A stretch of 32,000 nucleotides of DNA, from NCBI RefSeq assembly GCF_049243625.1, contig NZ_CP046975.1. One strand, given 5' to 3'. The position numbers and the translations under genes were made by a program. The notes under the pieces were generated by a model. It worked only from the letters and a program-made list of their open reading frames with translations. It ran no database searches and was not told where the DNA came from. The DNA is from Corynebacterium amycolatum. Its GTDB lineage: Bacteria; Actinomycetota; Actinomycetes; Mycobacteriales; Mycobacteriaceae. Shown here piece by piece: positions 10,202-18,747 of the stretch (its first letter is position 1; each line of letters starts with the position of its first letter).

Positions 10202-11545
10202 ATGTCCACTACCCCCAACGCCCCTGATAAGACGCTCGCTGCCGCCGCACCTGAGTGGACGAAGTGGGCGATTGGATGGCACGTCTATCCACTGGGGTTT
10301 GTGGGAGCGCCCATCCGTGAGAAGGATCGAGGCGCCGCGCCGGTCAATCGAATTCGCAAACTGATTGACTGGCTGCCCTACGTCCAGGAACTGGGACTCA
10401 ACGTCCTGCAACTGGCACCAGTTTTCGAGTCCACCAGCCACGGCTACGATACCGAGGACTACTACCGCATTGACTCGCGCCTAGGCACCGAAGAGGACAT
10501 GAAGGCCGTCATCGAAGCTGCCCATGAGCGCGGCATCAAAGTGCTTTTCGACGGCGTCTTCAACCACATCGGGTCAGAGGCGCCCGCGCTGAAGACCGCG
10601 AAGGAAAACCCTGACTCTGAAGAAGCGCAGCTCTTTGCGTTTACGCACTCAGATGGCGACATGATCGCGTCGGTGTTTGAGGGACATGAGAGTTTGGTCG
10701 AATTCGATCACACCAGTGACGCGACTGTTGATTTTGTCGTGAACGTCATGAATTACTGGCTGGTGCGGGGGATTGATGGCTGGCGCCTGGATGCGGCCTA
10801 CGCAGTGGATCCACAATTCTGGCACAAGGTTTTGCCGCGAGTGCGTGCTGAGCACCCGCATGCTTTTATCTACGGGGAGGTCATCCACGGCGACTATGCG
10901 GAGATTGTGTCGGTGTCCGGCATGGACTCGGTGACGGAATACGAGCTGTGGAAAGCGACCTGGTCGGCGCTGAAGGAGGAAAACTTCTTCGAGTTGGACT
11001 GGACTCTGAAGCGCCATAACACCTTCGCGGAGTCTTTTGTGCCGGTGACGTTTGTGGGAAACCACGATGTTTCACGCATTGCGACACAGGTAGGGGCCGA
11101 CAAGGCCGTGCTGGCGGCAACGGTGCTGTTTACCGTGGCCGGTGTGCCACTGGTCTACTACGGTGACGAACAGGGCTATACCGGTCTCAAAGAGGAACGC
11201 ATCGGCGGTGACGACCAGGTCCGTCCAGTGTTCCCGGATAGTCCGGAGGAACTCTCTACGCTCGGCGAGGCTCTCTACCGCTCCTATCAGCAGCTCGTTG
11301 CGTTGCGCCGCCGATTCCCATGGCTGCACTCCGCTCGCGTGGAGACTGATGAATTGCGCAATGGTTTCCTTCGCTACCGCGTGATCGCGACCGATGCGGC
11401 GCTCGTGGACGATGCTGCCGGGGCCTCGGGTGAGGCTGGAGTTTCCGGCGAGATGCCCTCGCTCATTGTCGAGCTGAACCTGGAAAATGGCGCAACCAGC
11501 GCGGTAATCCGTGATGGTGACCACGTGGAATTTGAGTTTTCCTAG
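10202..11545 (+). CDS. GH13 alpha-amylase-family glycoside hydrolase
   Basis: The four GH13 conserved regions are present: DGVFNH, GWRLDAAYA, YGEVIHGDY and FVGNHDVSR. I prefer ATG 10202 (MSTTPNAP), 4 nt after the upstream stop. The track's extension to 10052 is an Arg-rich overlap frame. Confidence 0.85.
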   Translation: MSTTPNAPDKTLAAAAPEWTKWAIGWHVYPLGFVGAPIREKDRGAAPVNRIRKLIDWLPYVQELGLNVLQLAPVFESTSHGYDTEDYYRIDSRLGTEEDMKAVIEAAHERGIKVLFDGVFNHIGSEAPALKTAKENPDSEEAQLFAFTHSDGDMIASVFEGHESLVEFDHTSDATVDFVVNVMNYWLVRGIDGWRLDAAYAVDPQFWHKVLPRVRAEHPHAFIYGEVIHGDYAEIVSVSGMDSVTEYELWKATWSALKEENFFELDWTLKRHNTFAESFVPVTFVGNHDVSRIATQVGADKAVLAATVLFTVAGVPLVYYGDEQGYTGLKEERIGGDDQVRPVFPDSPEELSTLGEALYRSYQQLVALRRRFPWLHSARVETDELRNGFLRYRVIATDAALVDDAAGASGEAGVSGEMPSLIVELNLENGATSAVIRDGDHVEFEFS

Positions 11546-11584
11546 GCTCTCATCGTGGCTCTAGGCTGCCCCCAGAGAACCAAA

Positions 11585-11620
11585 ACCGCCCGGACACCAT
11601 GGCCCGGGCGGTAATTCTTT
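11585..11620. terminator. Hairpin between convergent genes, probably a terminator
   Basis: ACCGCCCGG (11585-11593) pairs with CCGGGCGGT (11604-11612), followed by AATTCTTT. Confidence 0.5.
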
Positions 11621-11714
11621 CGCGCCCCATCGATGAGTGGGCACAAGGGGTAGTGACTGCGTTTCTGTTTGCTAACTACCTCGGTTTTCGCAGTTTCAAT
11701 TATTGAATCTGCAG

Positions 11715-11912
11715 TTACATCTCTGCGGTCTCAGCAGGAGTCATCTCGTCGGAGGGTGCCGGTGTGGTGGCCTTCTGCTCGAAGGTCTCCGACGGGTTGG
11801 CCTGGTCGCCGACCTTTACGTCCGAGTCAACCTCGTTCGGGGGAGAGCAAGCGACCAGGGCTGCTGCGGCAATGGCGGATGCGGCGATAGCGCCGGCGAT
11901 GCGGTTACGCAT
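11715..11912 (-). CDS. Small acidic lipoprotein (65 aa)
   Basis: The product starts MRNRIAGAIAASAIAAAALVAC, a signal peptide with the lipobox LVAC. GAGGAG lies 8 nt upstream of the ATG. The mature part is acidic and Pro/Thr/Glu-rich. Confidence 0.65.
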   Translation of the reverse strand: MRNRIAGAIAASAIAAAALVACSPPNEVDSDVKVGDQANPSETFEQKATTPAPSDEMTPAETAEM

Positions 11913-12000
11913 GGATGTGGCTCCTCTGTCGGAAAAACAATAGCTACAAGGGCTAATGAACTTTTCTCACATTATCTTAAAGCAATATCTTAGAGGATTC

Positions 12001-14052
12001 TTAACGGCTTGCGGGAACCAAGGGGCCAATCGCCCCCGCGCCGATGCATAGCGTTGCCCCCGGAGACGCCTTTTCCACATCGACACGGAGAGTATTTCCG
12101 CCACCGTTGAGGTACGCATAGCGCGGCCGCAGATCGTTGTTCATCTTCACGACCGTGGAACCAGCGCGGGTTTGCTCTTCAGTCTCGAAAGGATTGGGTA
12201 GCGACAGGCGCACATCCATGTCCTCAGAGGCGGTGGCCGGGAACTCAAGCACCCAGTCACCGAGCTTGATAATGTTCTCAAGCTTGATGTCCTCCGACGC
12301 AGTGCCGTCCTCACCAACTGTGATGTGATGGCCACACTGCTCGACAGGGCCATCGGTGACCCGGGTAATCTCGGAGACCTTGGCGTCGATAAGCGAACCG
12401 TCGGTATTGAACATGCGTGGGTGACCGGTGACGCGCTCAAATGGTGGGCGATCGGCGACCGCATCAAAAACGCGCGAGTACATGTTCATCGGAGCGGCGA
12501 CGGGCACGAGAATCTCGAAGGGGACGGGCTGGTCAATGAGGTTGTAGTCGATCGCCTTGTCGGGGCCAGCGGCGTCGGCCTCCTCGCGCAGCGCGGACAG
12601 CGACGCCTTGGTGTTGCCGATCCACTCCATTGCGATGTCATCAGACCAGGCATTGCGGTAAGTAACCACGGAAATCGAGGAGGTGACCGCCAGTGCGACA
12701 CCCAACGACCAAATCAGAATGTGCGTACGAGCCGGTAGCAGAGCCGGCGCCTCGTCCTTTGGCGGGAGTCCCGCCAGGGAGATCGCGACACAGATAGCGA
12801 TCACGAGCGCGACATCAGAGTAGTAGTGCAAAGTGTGCGCCAGCACGCCGGAGGTGTTCTCTCCCGAGCGGAACAGGGTGATGGCGAACAAGGTGGTGAA
12901 CATGTACGCCACCGATAGCGTCCACGGAGCCCAGCCACGGTAGTCGCGGCCAATGAGGGTGGCAGACAGAATCAACAGAATAATGCCGCCGAGAGTAATC
13001 AGCTGAGACGAAGCGGAGGCAAACGGCTGTCCCGGAGCCCAACGTTCCCAACTTGTTGGCCCGCCGATGATGCCGGCAAAAATCTGGCCGAGGCCGTTGA
13101 AGAACAGTTCGGGCTGTAGCTTGTCAGAAATGAAGCCGGTAGTTTCGGCGGGGCCGAAGTAGTACCACAGTGCCCAGGCGCCGGTCAGCAGCATCGATGG
13201 GATCCAGATGACTAGGCCGCGACGGAGAACCTGCAGGATATTGCTGCGCTCCATGTAAGCCAAAGTGATGACAACCAGCATCGAAATCGGCGCGATAGCC
13301 AGGGACTTCTCAAAGAATCCCAGCGCCACTGCCAGCAGTACAAACAGACCAGCGGCTTCCCACGGGCGGGGGCCGAAAGAACGACGCATAGTGGTGCGAA
13401 TAGCGACAATCATGAAAACCACGAATGCCAGGTGGAACGGCTGGGAATTGGCCGCAGCCGACCACCAGGTGTCTCCCGGAAGCATCAGCGGAGTCCAGGC
13501 GACGACCGTGATGAGGAAGAGCGACACCAGCGTGCGGCCAGTGAGAAGCTCAAAGAGCTTAGTGGTGGCGTATGTCAGCGCTACCGACATCACGGCCATG
13601 GTGATAGCCGGCAGCCACCAGTTCCACGGCGCAATGAGGTGATAGAGGCCTTGCACCAGGAAGGCCAGTGGTGCAAGGTGCCCGTCGTGATCCTGAAGCA
13701 GGTAGTCCTTGCTCAGCAGCGAGGTGTCGTAAAGGCGGCCAACGATGATGAAGTCATCCCAGTAAAAACCATGGCTAGTCAGAACCAGAATGCGAGCGAC
13801 AAGCTGTATCGCAATAACAACTCCGATGAGTGGCCACCACTGCTTCGCAGACAGGTCAAGTCTCTCGCCCCACGTCAATGAGGGCATGTAGTATGGGCGA
13901 GAACTTTCCTGCTCAGCGGTGTTGTCAGCACCAGGGAACTCGGCAGTTTTCACTGCGGAATCCGCGGCTGTCCTCTCATCGCCGACTGTCGGCGGATGAG
14001 GGGTTTGGGCAGTTGGGGTATCTCCAGTAGATGACCGCTCGGCTTTAGTCAT
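12001..14052 (-). CDS. Large polytopic membrane protein, GT-C-like putative glycosyltransferase with a C-terminal extracytoplasmic domain
   Basis: The 683-aa product has an N-terminal cytoplasmic tail and then about 12 hydrophobic helices. The motif FYWDDFIIVGR follows the first helix, resembling the acidic loop motif of GT-C enzymes. The last ~225 aa are soluble. I recognise no specific family. Confidence 0.55.
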   Translation of the reverse strand: MTKAERSSTGDTPTAQTPHPPTVGDERTAADSAVKTAEFPGADNTAEQESSRPYYMPSLTWGERLDLSAKQWWPLIGVVIAIQLVARILVLTSHGFYWDDFIIVGRLYDTSLLSKDYLLQDHDGHLAPLAFLVQGLYHLIAPWNWWLPAITMAVMSVALTYATTKLFELLTGRTLVSLFLITVVAWTPLMLPGDTWWSAAANSQPFHLAFVVFMIVAIRTTMRRSFGPRPWEAAGLFVLLAVALGFFEKSLAIAPISMLVVITLAYMERSNILQVLRRGLVIWIPSMLLTGAWALWYYFGPAETTGFISDKLQPELFFNGLGQIFAGIIGGPTSWERWAPGQPFASASSQLITLGGIILLILSATLIGRDYRGWAPWTLSVAYMFTTLFAITLFRSGENTSGVLAHTLHYYSDVALVIAICVAISLAGLPPKDEAPALLPARTHILIWSLGVALAVTSSISVVTYRNAWSDDIAMEWIGNTKASLSALREEADAAGPDKAIDYNLIDQPVPFEILVPVAAPMNMYSRVFDAVADRPPFERVTGHPRMFNTDGSLIDAKVSEITRVTDGPVEQCGHHITVGEDGTASEDIKLENIIKLGDWVLEFPATASEDMDVRLSLPNPFETEEQTRAGSTVVKMNNDLRPRYAYLNGGGNTLRVDVEKASPGATLCIGAGAIGPLVPASR

Positions 14053-14210
14053 GGTTCCTTATGTTATCTAGGCCATCTGCTGGGCGCGGTAGGGTAGGCA
14101 AAAGTTAGTGCTTAGGGCGTGTCGGCACAGGCCCCATATGCCGCTAATGAATACATCAAAATCTTTTGAGCAATATCGCTCGAGTTAAAGAAAAAATGGG
14201 AGCAAGTGAG

Positions 14211-14819
14211 ATGACGCAATCGGCGAGTGCAGCACGCGCTAACTTCTCATGGCGCAATATTGACATCATCATTGCAGCTGTTATCGGCGTGGCCGTTGGC
14301 CTGATTTTTGTTATCTGGAACATCATCGGCGGTGCGGGCTATGAAGCAGTCAACGCGCTTACTCCTGGCCTTGGCGGTTTGGTCGCGGGTATGTGGTTCC
14401 TCGGTGGGCCACTCGGCGCGTACATCATTCGCAAGCCGGGTGCCGCTATCTTCGTTGAGGTAATCGCAGCGACAGTTTCAGCACTAATCGGTAACCAGTG
14501 GGGTATCCCTACCGTGTACTCAGGTTTGGCGCAGGGGCTCGGCGCGGAGCTGGTGTTCCTCATTCTGACGTATAAGAGCTACAACCTGGCCACCGTGGTT
14601 ATCTCCGGTCTCATGGCAGGTGTCGGCGCGTGGACCTATGAGTTTTTCACCGGCAACCTGGCCAAGACTTTCGAATTCAACATCATCTACCTGATCTCCA
14701 CGGCGCTGTCTGGTGCCGTCCTCGCCGGTCTGCTGGCTTACTTCCTGGCTAAGGCACTGGCGGCAACTGGAGCGCTGGATCGGTTTGCCATCGGGCGAGA
14801 GCGGCACGGCGACGTCTAG
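14211..14819 (+). CDS. ECF transporter S component, YkoE-like (HMP/thiamine-precursor type)
   Basis: It is a six-helix membrane protein. AYIIRKPGAAIFVEVIAATVSALIGN and GLAQGLGAE match my recollection of B. subtilis YkoE. GGGAG lies 8 nt before ATG 14211. The track starts the ORF at 14166. Confidence 0.7.
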   Translation: MTQSASAARANFSWRNIDIIIAAVIGVAVGLIFVIWNIIGGAGYEAVNALTPGLGGLVAGMWFLGGPLGAYIIRKPGAAIFVEVIAATVSALIGNQWGIPTVYSGLAQGLGAELVFLILTYKSYNLATVVISGLMAGVGAWTYEFFTGNLAKTFEFNIIYLISTALSGAVLAGLLAYFLAKALAATGALDRFAIGRERHGDV

Positions 14820-14828
14820 GAAAAATCG

Positions 14829-16445
14829 ATGACAGATGAGGCGTTGACGCGGAGGCCGTCGTCAAGCGGAAATGTCCCTGCGGTGAGCGCGCGGGGGTTC
14901 GGATATCGGCACGCGGGGCGCAAAGCTGCGGTACTGAATGACATCACACTGGACGTGGAGCGTGGTGAAAAGGTGCTGTTGCTCGGCGCGTCGGGGGTAG
15001 GGAAGTCGACGCTGCTTGCCGCTATTGCTGGCGTACTTGGCGACGACTCCGATGGCGAAGCCACCGGAGAGCTCCTGATTGAAGGTTGTACTCCCGCTTC
15101 CGCACGGGGCGCGGTGGGCTTAGTGCTGCAAGACCCTGACTCGCAGACGATTAGTGCCCGCGTTGGCGACGATGTTGCCTTTGGTGCGGAAAACCTTGGC
15201 GTTGCCCCGGCTGAGATCGGCAACCGAGTACGCGCCAGCCTGGATGTGGTGGGACTGGATTTGCCGCTGGACCATCCCACGCACCGGCTTTCCGGGGGAC
15301 AGAAACAGCGCCTCGCATTGGCGGGTGTGCTGGCGATGGGCGCACGGGTCATTTGCTTGGACGAGCCGACGGCCAACATCGATCCGGCCGGTGTGCCGGT
15401 ACTGCGCGATGCGGCGATTACCGCGGCGGAGAGAACCGGTGCGGCGCTGATCGTGGTCGAGCATCGAGTGGATGCGTGGGTCGATGTGGTTGACCGCATC
15501 ATCGTGCTGGGCCGCGAAGGTGTGATTGCCGATGGTGCGCCTCATCGAGTCTTGGAAGACCACGGACAGGCTCTGACGGATGCTGGGGTGTGGATTCCGA
15601 ATGCGCCGCCCGCGCTGCCGGGCGCCCGTTCCGTTGCCTGCGACCAGGACGGGCACCCTAGCGGTGACATCGCGATTGAAACCCGCGAGTTGGCCATCGG
15701 CTATGGCGCGAAGAAGTCCTGGTTCAGCGGTGGCGAAACTGTTGAACCGATTGCTCGCGGTGTATCAATTTCAATCCCATCTCAAGCTTCCACCTGCATT
15801 GTTGGTCACAATGGCAGCGGCAAGTCCACGTTAGCGCTGACGCTCGGCGGTCTGCTTGAGCCGATGGCGGGCACGGTCCAAGTGGCAGGCAGCGGTAGCG
15901 CGCCGTGGAAATGGCCATCGAAGAGGTTGGCTACTCGGATTGGCACGGTATTCCAGGACCCCGAGCATCAATTCGTCACCGGCACAGTGCTGGAAGAGTT
16001 GCAGCTTGGCCCCAAGCTTGTCGGTGTCAACGCTGATCAGCGCATCGAGGAGTTACTTGAGCGGCTGCGACTAACCGCCCTGACCAAGGCGAATCCATTC
16101 TCGCTTTCCGGCGGTGAGAAGCGACGTCTGTCGGTGGCGACCATGCTGGCGACAGCGCCGGATATTGTGCTTCTCGACGAACCGACCTTCGGCCAAGACC
16201 GCCGGACATTCACCGAGCTGCTCACTTTGCTTCGCCAACTTGCAGACGACGGTCGAACTGTTATTTCGATTACCCACGATCCGTTGGTGGTCCAAGCAAT
16301 GGGGGACTACGTCGTCGACATGGATGCGTTTCATCCGGAGCGGTCAGGCCGTGCGGCGCCGGGACAGCGTGGTTCGGGGGAGCAGGCCGGTCCGAGCAGC
16401 AATAGCGGTTCGCGCGGCCAGGGCGAAGTAGGAGGGAAATCGTGA
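14829..16445 (+). CDS. ECF transporter duplicated ATPase (YkoD-like, fused EcfA-EcfA')
   Basis: There are two ABC cassettes. The Walker A motifs are GASGVGKST and GHNGSGKST, and the signature motifs are LSGGQKQR and LSGGEKRR. AGGAAA lies 5 nt upstream of the start. Confidence 0.9.
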   Translation: MTDEALTRRPSSSGNVPAVSARGFGYRHAGRKAAVLNDITLDVERGEKVLLLGASGVGKSTLLAAIAGVLGDDSDGEATGELLIEGCTPASARGAVGLVLQDPDSQTISARVGDDVAFGAENLGVAPAEIGNRVRASLDVVGLDLPLDHPTHRLSGGQKQRLALAGVLAMGARVICLDEPTANIDPAGVPVLRDAAITAAERTGAALIVVEHRVDAWVDVVDRIIVLGREGVIADGAPHRVLEDHGQALTDAGVWIPNAPPALPGARSVACDQDGHPSGDIAIETRELAIGYGAKKSWFSGGETVEPIARGVSISIPSQASTCIVGHNGSGKSTLALTLGGLLEPMAGTVQVAGSGSAPWKWPSKRLATRIGTVFQDPEHQFVTGTVLEELQLGPKLVGVNADQRIEELLERLRLTALTKANPFSLSGGEKRRLSVATMLATAPDIVLLDEPTFGQDRRTFTELLTLLRQLADDGRTVISITHDPLVVQAMGDYVVDMDAFHPERSGRAAPGQRGSGEQAGPSSNSGSRGQGEVGGKS

Positions 16446-17260
16446 CTGAAGTCGGTTCCGCCGGTACGGCTGAAGGTACGCAGAGCGCCGAGCAGAGCAA
16501 GCAGCCTTTCCTCGCGACGGTCAACCCGGTGGCGAGAGTTCTGGGCCTATTCTTGCTCACCACACCGCTGCTGATTTCCATCGACTGGGTCTCCGCAGTG
16601 GTGGCACTTGTCTGCACGCTTTTCTTGGTGCCACTGTCGGGTTTGGGTTTTCGTCGTTTTCTAGGACGCAGCCTGCCGCTTCTTATCGCCGCGCCCATCT
16701 CGGGCATCTCGATGGCGCTCTACGGCAACCCGGAGGGCAAAGAGTATTTCTCCTTTCTGCTTGCGCATGTGACGGATAATTCCATTTCCCTGGCCATCGC
16801 GATCATGTTGCGTGTGCTGGCTATCGGTACTCCAGTTATCGTGCTGACAGCTAATATCGATCCCACCGATCTGGGCAATGGGCTGGCGCAGGTTCTCAAG
16901 CTGCCCAGCCGGTTTGTGCTGGCAACGGTGGCGAGTCTGCGGCTCGTCGGTCTGTTCATCAGTGATTGGCAGGCGCTGACCCGAGCCCGTCGCGCACGCG
17001 GTTTGGGTGACCACGGCGCAATTCGCCGCACTATTTCCCAGGTGTTCGCTCTGCTGGTGTTTGCGCTGCGCCGCGGCACCAAGCTGGCCACCGCCATGGA
17101 AGCCCGCGGTTTTGGCGCGCCGATTAAGCGTACGTGGTGGCACACCTCGACATTGGCCGCGCGTGACTATGTCACCATGGCTGCCTGCCTCGCCATCGCC
17201 GTCGCAGCAATCGGTATTTCCGTGTGGGCCGGGGAGTTCCGCTTCCTGGGCGTGGCGTAG
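16442..17260 (+). CDS. ECF transporter T component (EcfT/CbiQ/YkoC-like)
   Basis: The GTG start overlaps the upstream stop (GTGA), and AGGAGGG lies upstream. It is a multi-helix membrane protein carrying the ARRARG coupling motif. Confidence 0.85.
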   Translation: MTEVGSAGTAEGTQSAEQSKQPFLATVNPVARVLGLFLLTTPLLISIDWVSAVVALVCTLFLVPLSGLGFRRFLGRSLPLLIAAPISGISMALYGNPEGKEYFSFLLAHVTDNSISLAIAIMLRVLAIGTPVIVLTANIDPTDLGNGLAQVLKLPSRFVLATVASLRLVGLFISDWQALTRARRARGLGDHGAIRRTISQVFALLVFALRRGTKLATAMEARGFGAPIKRTWWHTSTLAARDYVTMAACLAIAVAAIGISVWAGEFRFLGVA

Positions 17261-17279
17261 TAAAGGCGTTTCGATCACG

Positions 17280-17795
17280 ATGATTCTGCTTATCGACGGC
17301 CGTTCCGGCAGTGGCAAAACCACCTTTTCGGCAAAGTTGCACAGTATCCTCGGCTGGCCAGTTATCCACTTGGAGGATGTCTATCCGGGCTGGTCCGGCC
17401 TGCACAAAGCATCGGCCGCAGTCGCGGAGACCATTTTGAACCCCGCGCTACCGGCCGATGAGCGTGGTTATCGCCGTTGGGACTGGTACGCCGGCGAATT
17501 CGCTGAGTGGGTGCCGATGCCACCGGACTGCTCTCTCATCGTCGAAGGCTGCGGCGCTGTCACTGAAGCTAATCTTGCCGCTGCCCGTGCCATCGGCGAC
17601 GGCAACGCGTGGGGAGTCTGGGTAGAGCTGGACACGCAGACTCGCTTTGCCCGCGCCATGGCTCGCGACGACCACTTCGAGGAACACTGGGACATGTGGG
17701 CCGAGCAGGAATCTCAGCACATGGCCAAGCACAATCCGCAACAGCTCGTCGACTGGACTATCAACGTCCCAGAACAGTTAACGTGGAAGCTCTGA
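17280..17795 (+). CDS. P-loop NTPase, small nucleoside/nucleotide-kinase-like protein
   Basis: The product starts MILLIDGRSGSGKTTFSAKL (Walker A) and has IVEGCG as a Walker-B-like strand. It is 171 aa. The track's extension to 17007 overlaps the T component in another frame and is implausible. Confidence 0.65.
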   Translation: MILLIDGRSGSGKTTFSAKLHSILGWPVIHLEDVYPGWSGLHKASAAVAETILNPALPADERGYRRWDWYAGEFAEWVPMPPDCSLIVEGCGAVTEANLAAARAIGDGNAWGVWVELDTQTRFARAMARDDHFEEHWDMWAEQESQHMAKHNPQQLVDWTINVPEQLTWKL

Positions 17796-18640
17796 TGAGA
17801 AAAACGCTCGCGTGCCTCGGTGCAGGCTTCGGTTCCATGCTCCTCGTCGGCGGACTACGTGTCGCCGCTAGTTCGGAGCTACGCCCACCACGCCTGCCCA
17901 ATCGCAGACCTCCACGGTGGGTTCTTCCCGCAGTCGGTGCCGCGTGGACGCTGGCCAGCTACCGCGCCTATTACGCCCGCGCATCGCATCGCTTGACGAC
18001 GCCCCTGCTCGCCGGCCTCGCAGTACCAGGAGCCGCAGCGATAGTTTTCGAGGCCGTTCGCCTTCGATGTGCTGCCAAAAAGCCAACTGTACCGCCACAC
18101 ACCGTGATTGTGCTGGGATGCGCATTGAAGAACAATCGGCCCTCGGCCCTGCTGGCCAAAAGATTGCAGCGGGCAGTAGCAGCGTGTGATGAGCGCACCG
18201 AGCGAATCATCTGCTCCGGTGGGCGCGGCAGTGAAGCGGTGACAGATGCCATCAGTTCCGAAGCGGATGCCATGGCGGAGTGGTTGGAGGCGAACGCTGG
18301 GGACGTCGTAAAGCGTGGCGACATCGAGTTGATTGCCGAGGACCAATCGACGAATACGTCGGAAAACATTGACTATGCGTGCGAGTTGATGCGCGGCATG
18401 GACGGTGCGTTGAGCGCTGGAACGGTTGTTGTGACCAGTGATTTTCATGCGCCACGGGTAGCGAAGCTCGTGCGCGAACGGGGGCTGGAATCCTGGTGTG
18501 TCGTCGGAGCCTATACGCCGTTAAGGTACTGGGCGACATCGCTGCTGCGAGAATTCCTAGCGCAGTTTATTCTGTGGGCGCCGCGCGGCAACGCGAGAAT
18601 TTTACGAATTTCGCGGGTGCAACAAAGTGTTAGCCATTAG
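17795..18640 (+). CDS. DUF218 (YdcF/SanA/ElyC-like) domain membrane protein
   Basis: The ATG overlaps the upstream TGA (TGATG). There are N-terminal hydrophobic helices, followed by VIVLGCAL, ICSGGRG, EDQSTNTSENI and VVTSDFHAPR, which are typical DUF218 motifs. Confidence 0.75.
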   Translation: MRKTLACLGAGFGSMLLVGGLRVAASSELRPPRLPNRRPPRWVLPAVGAAWTLASYRAYYARASHRLTTPLLAGLAVPGAAAIVFEAVRLRCAAKKPTVPPHTVIVLGCALKNNRPSALLAKRLQRAVAACDERTERIICSGGRGSEAVTDAISSEADAMAEWLEANAGDVVKRGDIELIAEDQSTNTSENIDYACELMRGMDGALSAGTVVVTSDFHAPRVAKLVRERGLESWCVVGAYTPLRYWATSLLREFLAQFILWAPRGNARILRISRVQQSVSH

Positions 18641-18747
18641 TATCAAACGAAGATAATTACGTCGTGCGGTGATAGTGCTACGTAGAAATGCGTAGAGCGC
18701 GATATCGAACACGACATCGGAATCATTAAATCGGGAGGAACACCCAC

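Noticed and set aside
14053-14210. Possible TPP riboswitch upstream of the YkoE-like gene
   Set aside because: I looked for the CUGAGA and ACCUGA...CCAGCG cores on the plus strand and did not find them. Only a short GGGC...GCCC hairpin is present. This should be confirmed with cmsearch.
14816-17323. Minus-strand ORFs of 228, 178, 145, 220 and 141 aa antisense to the ECF ATPase and T-component genes
   Set aside because: They are shadow frames opposite genes with unambiguous ABC and EcfT motifs. Their composition is Ser/Arg/Pro-rich.
17007-17794. Track start positions 17007 and 17609 for the kinase-like and DUF218 ORFs
   Set aside because: The extensions overlap upstream genes in other frames and are Arg/Pro-rich. 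The internal starts at 17280 and 17795 give a Walker A N-terminus and a signal or transmembrane N-terminus respectively.
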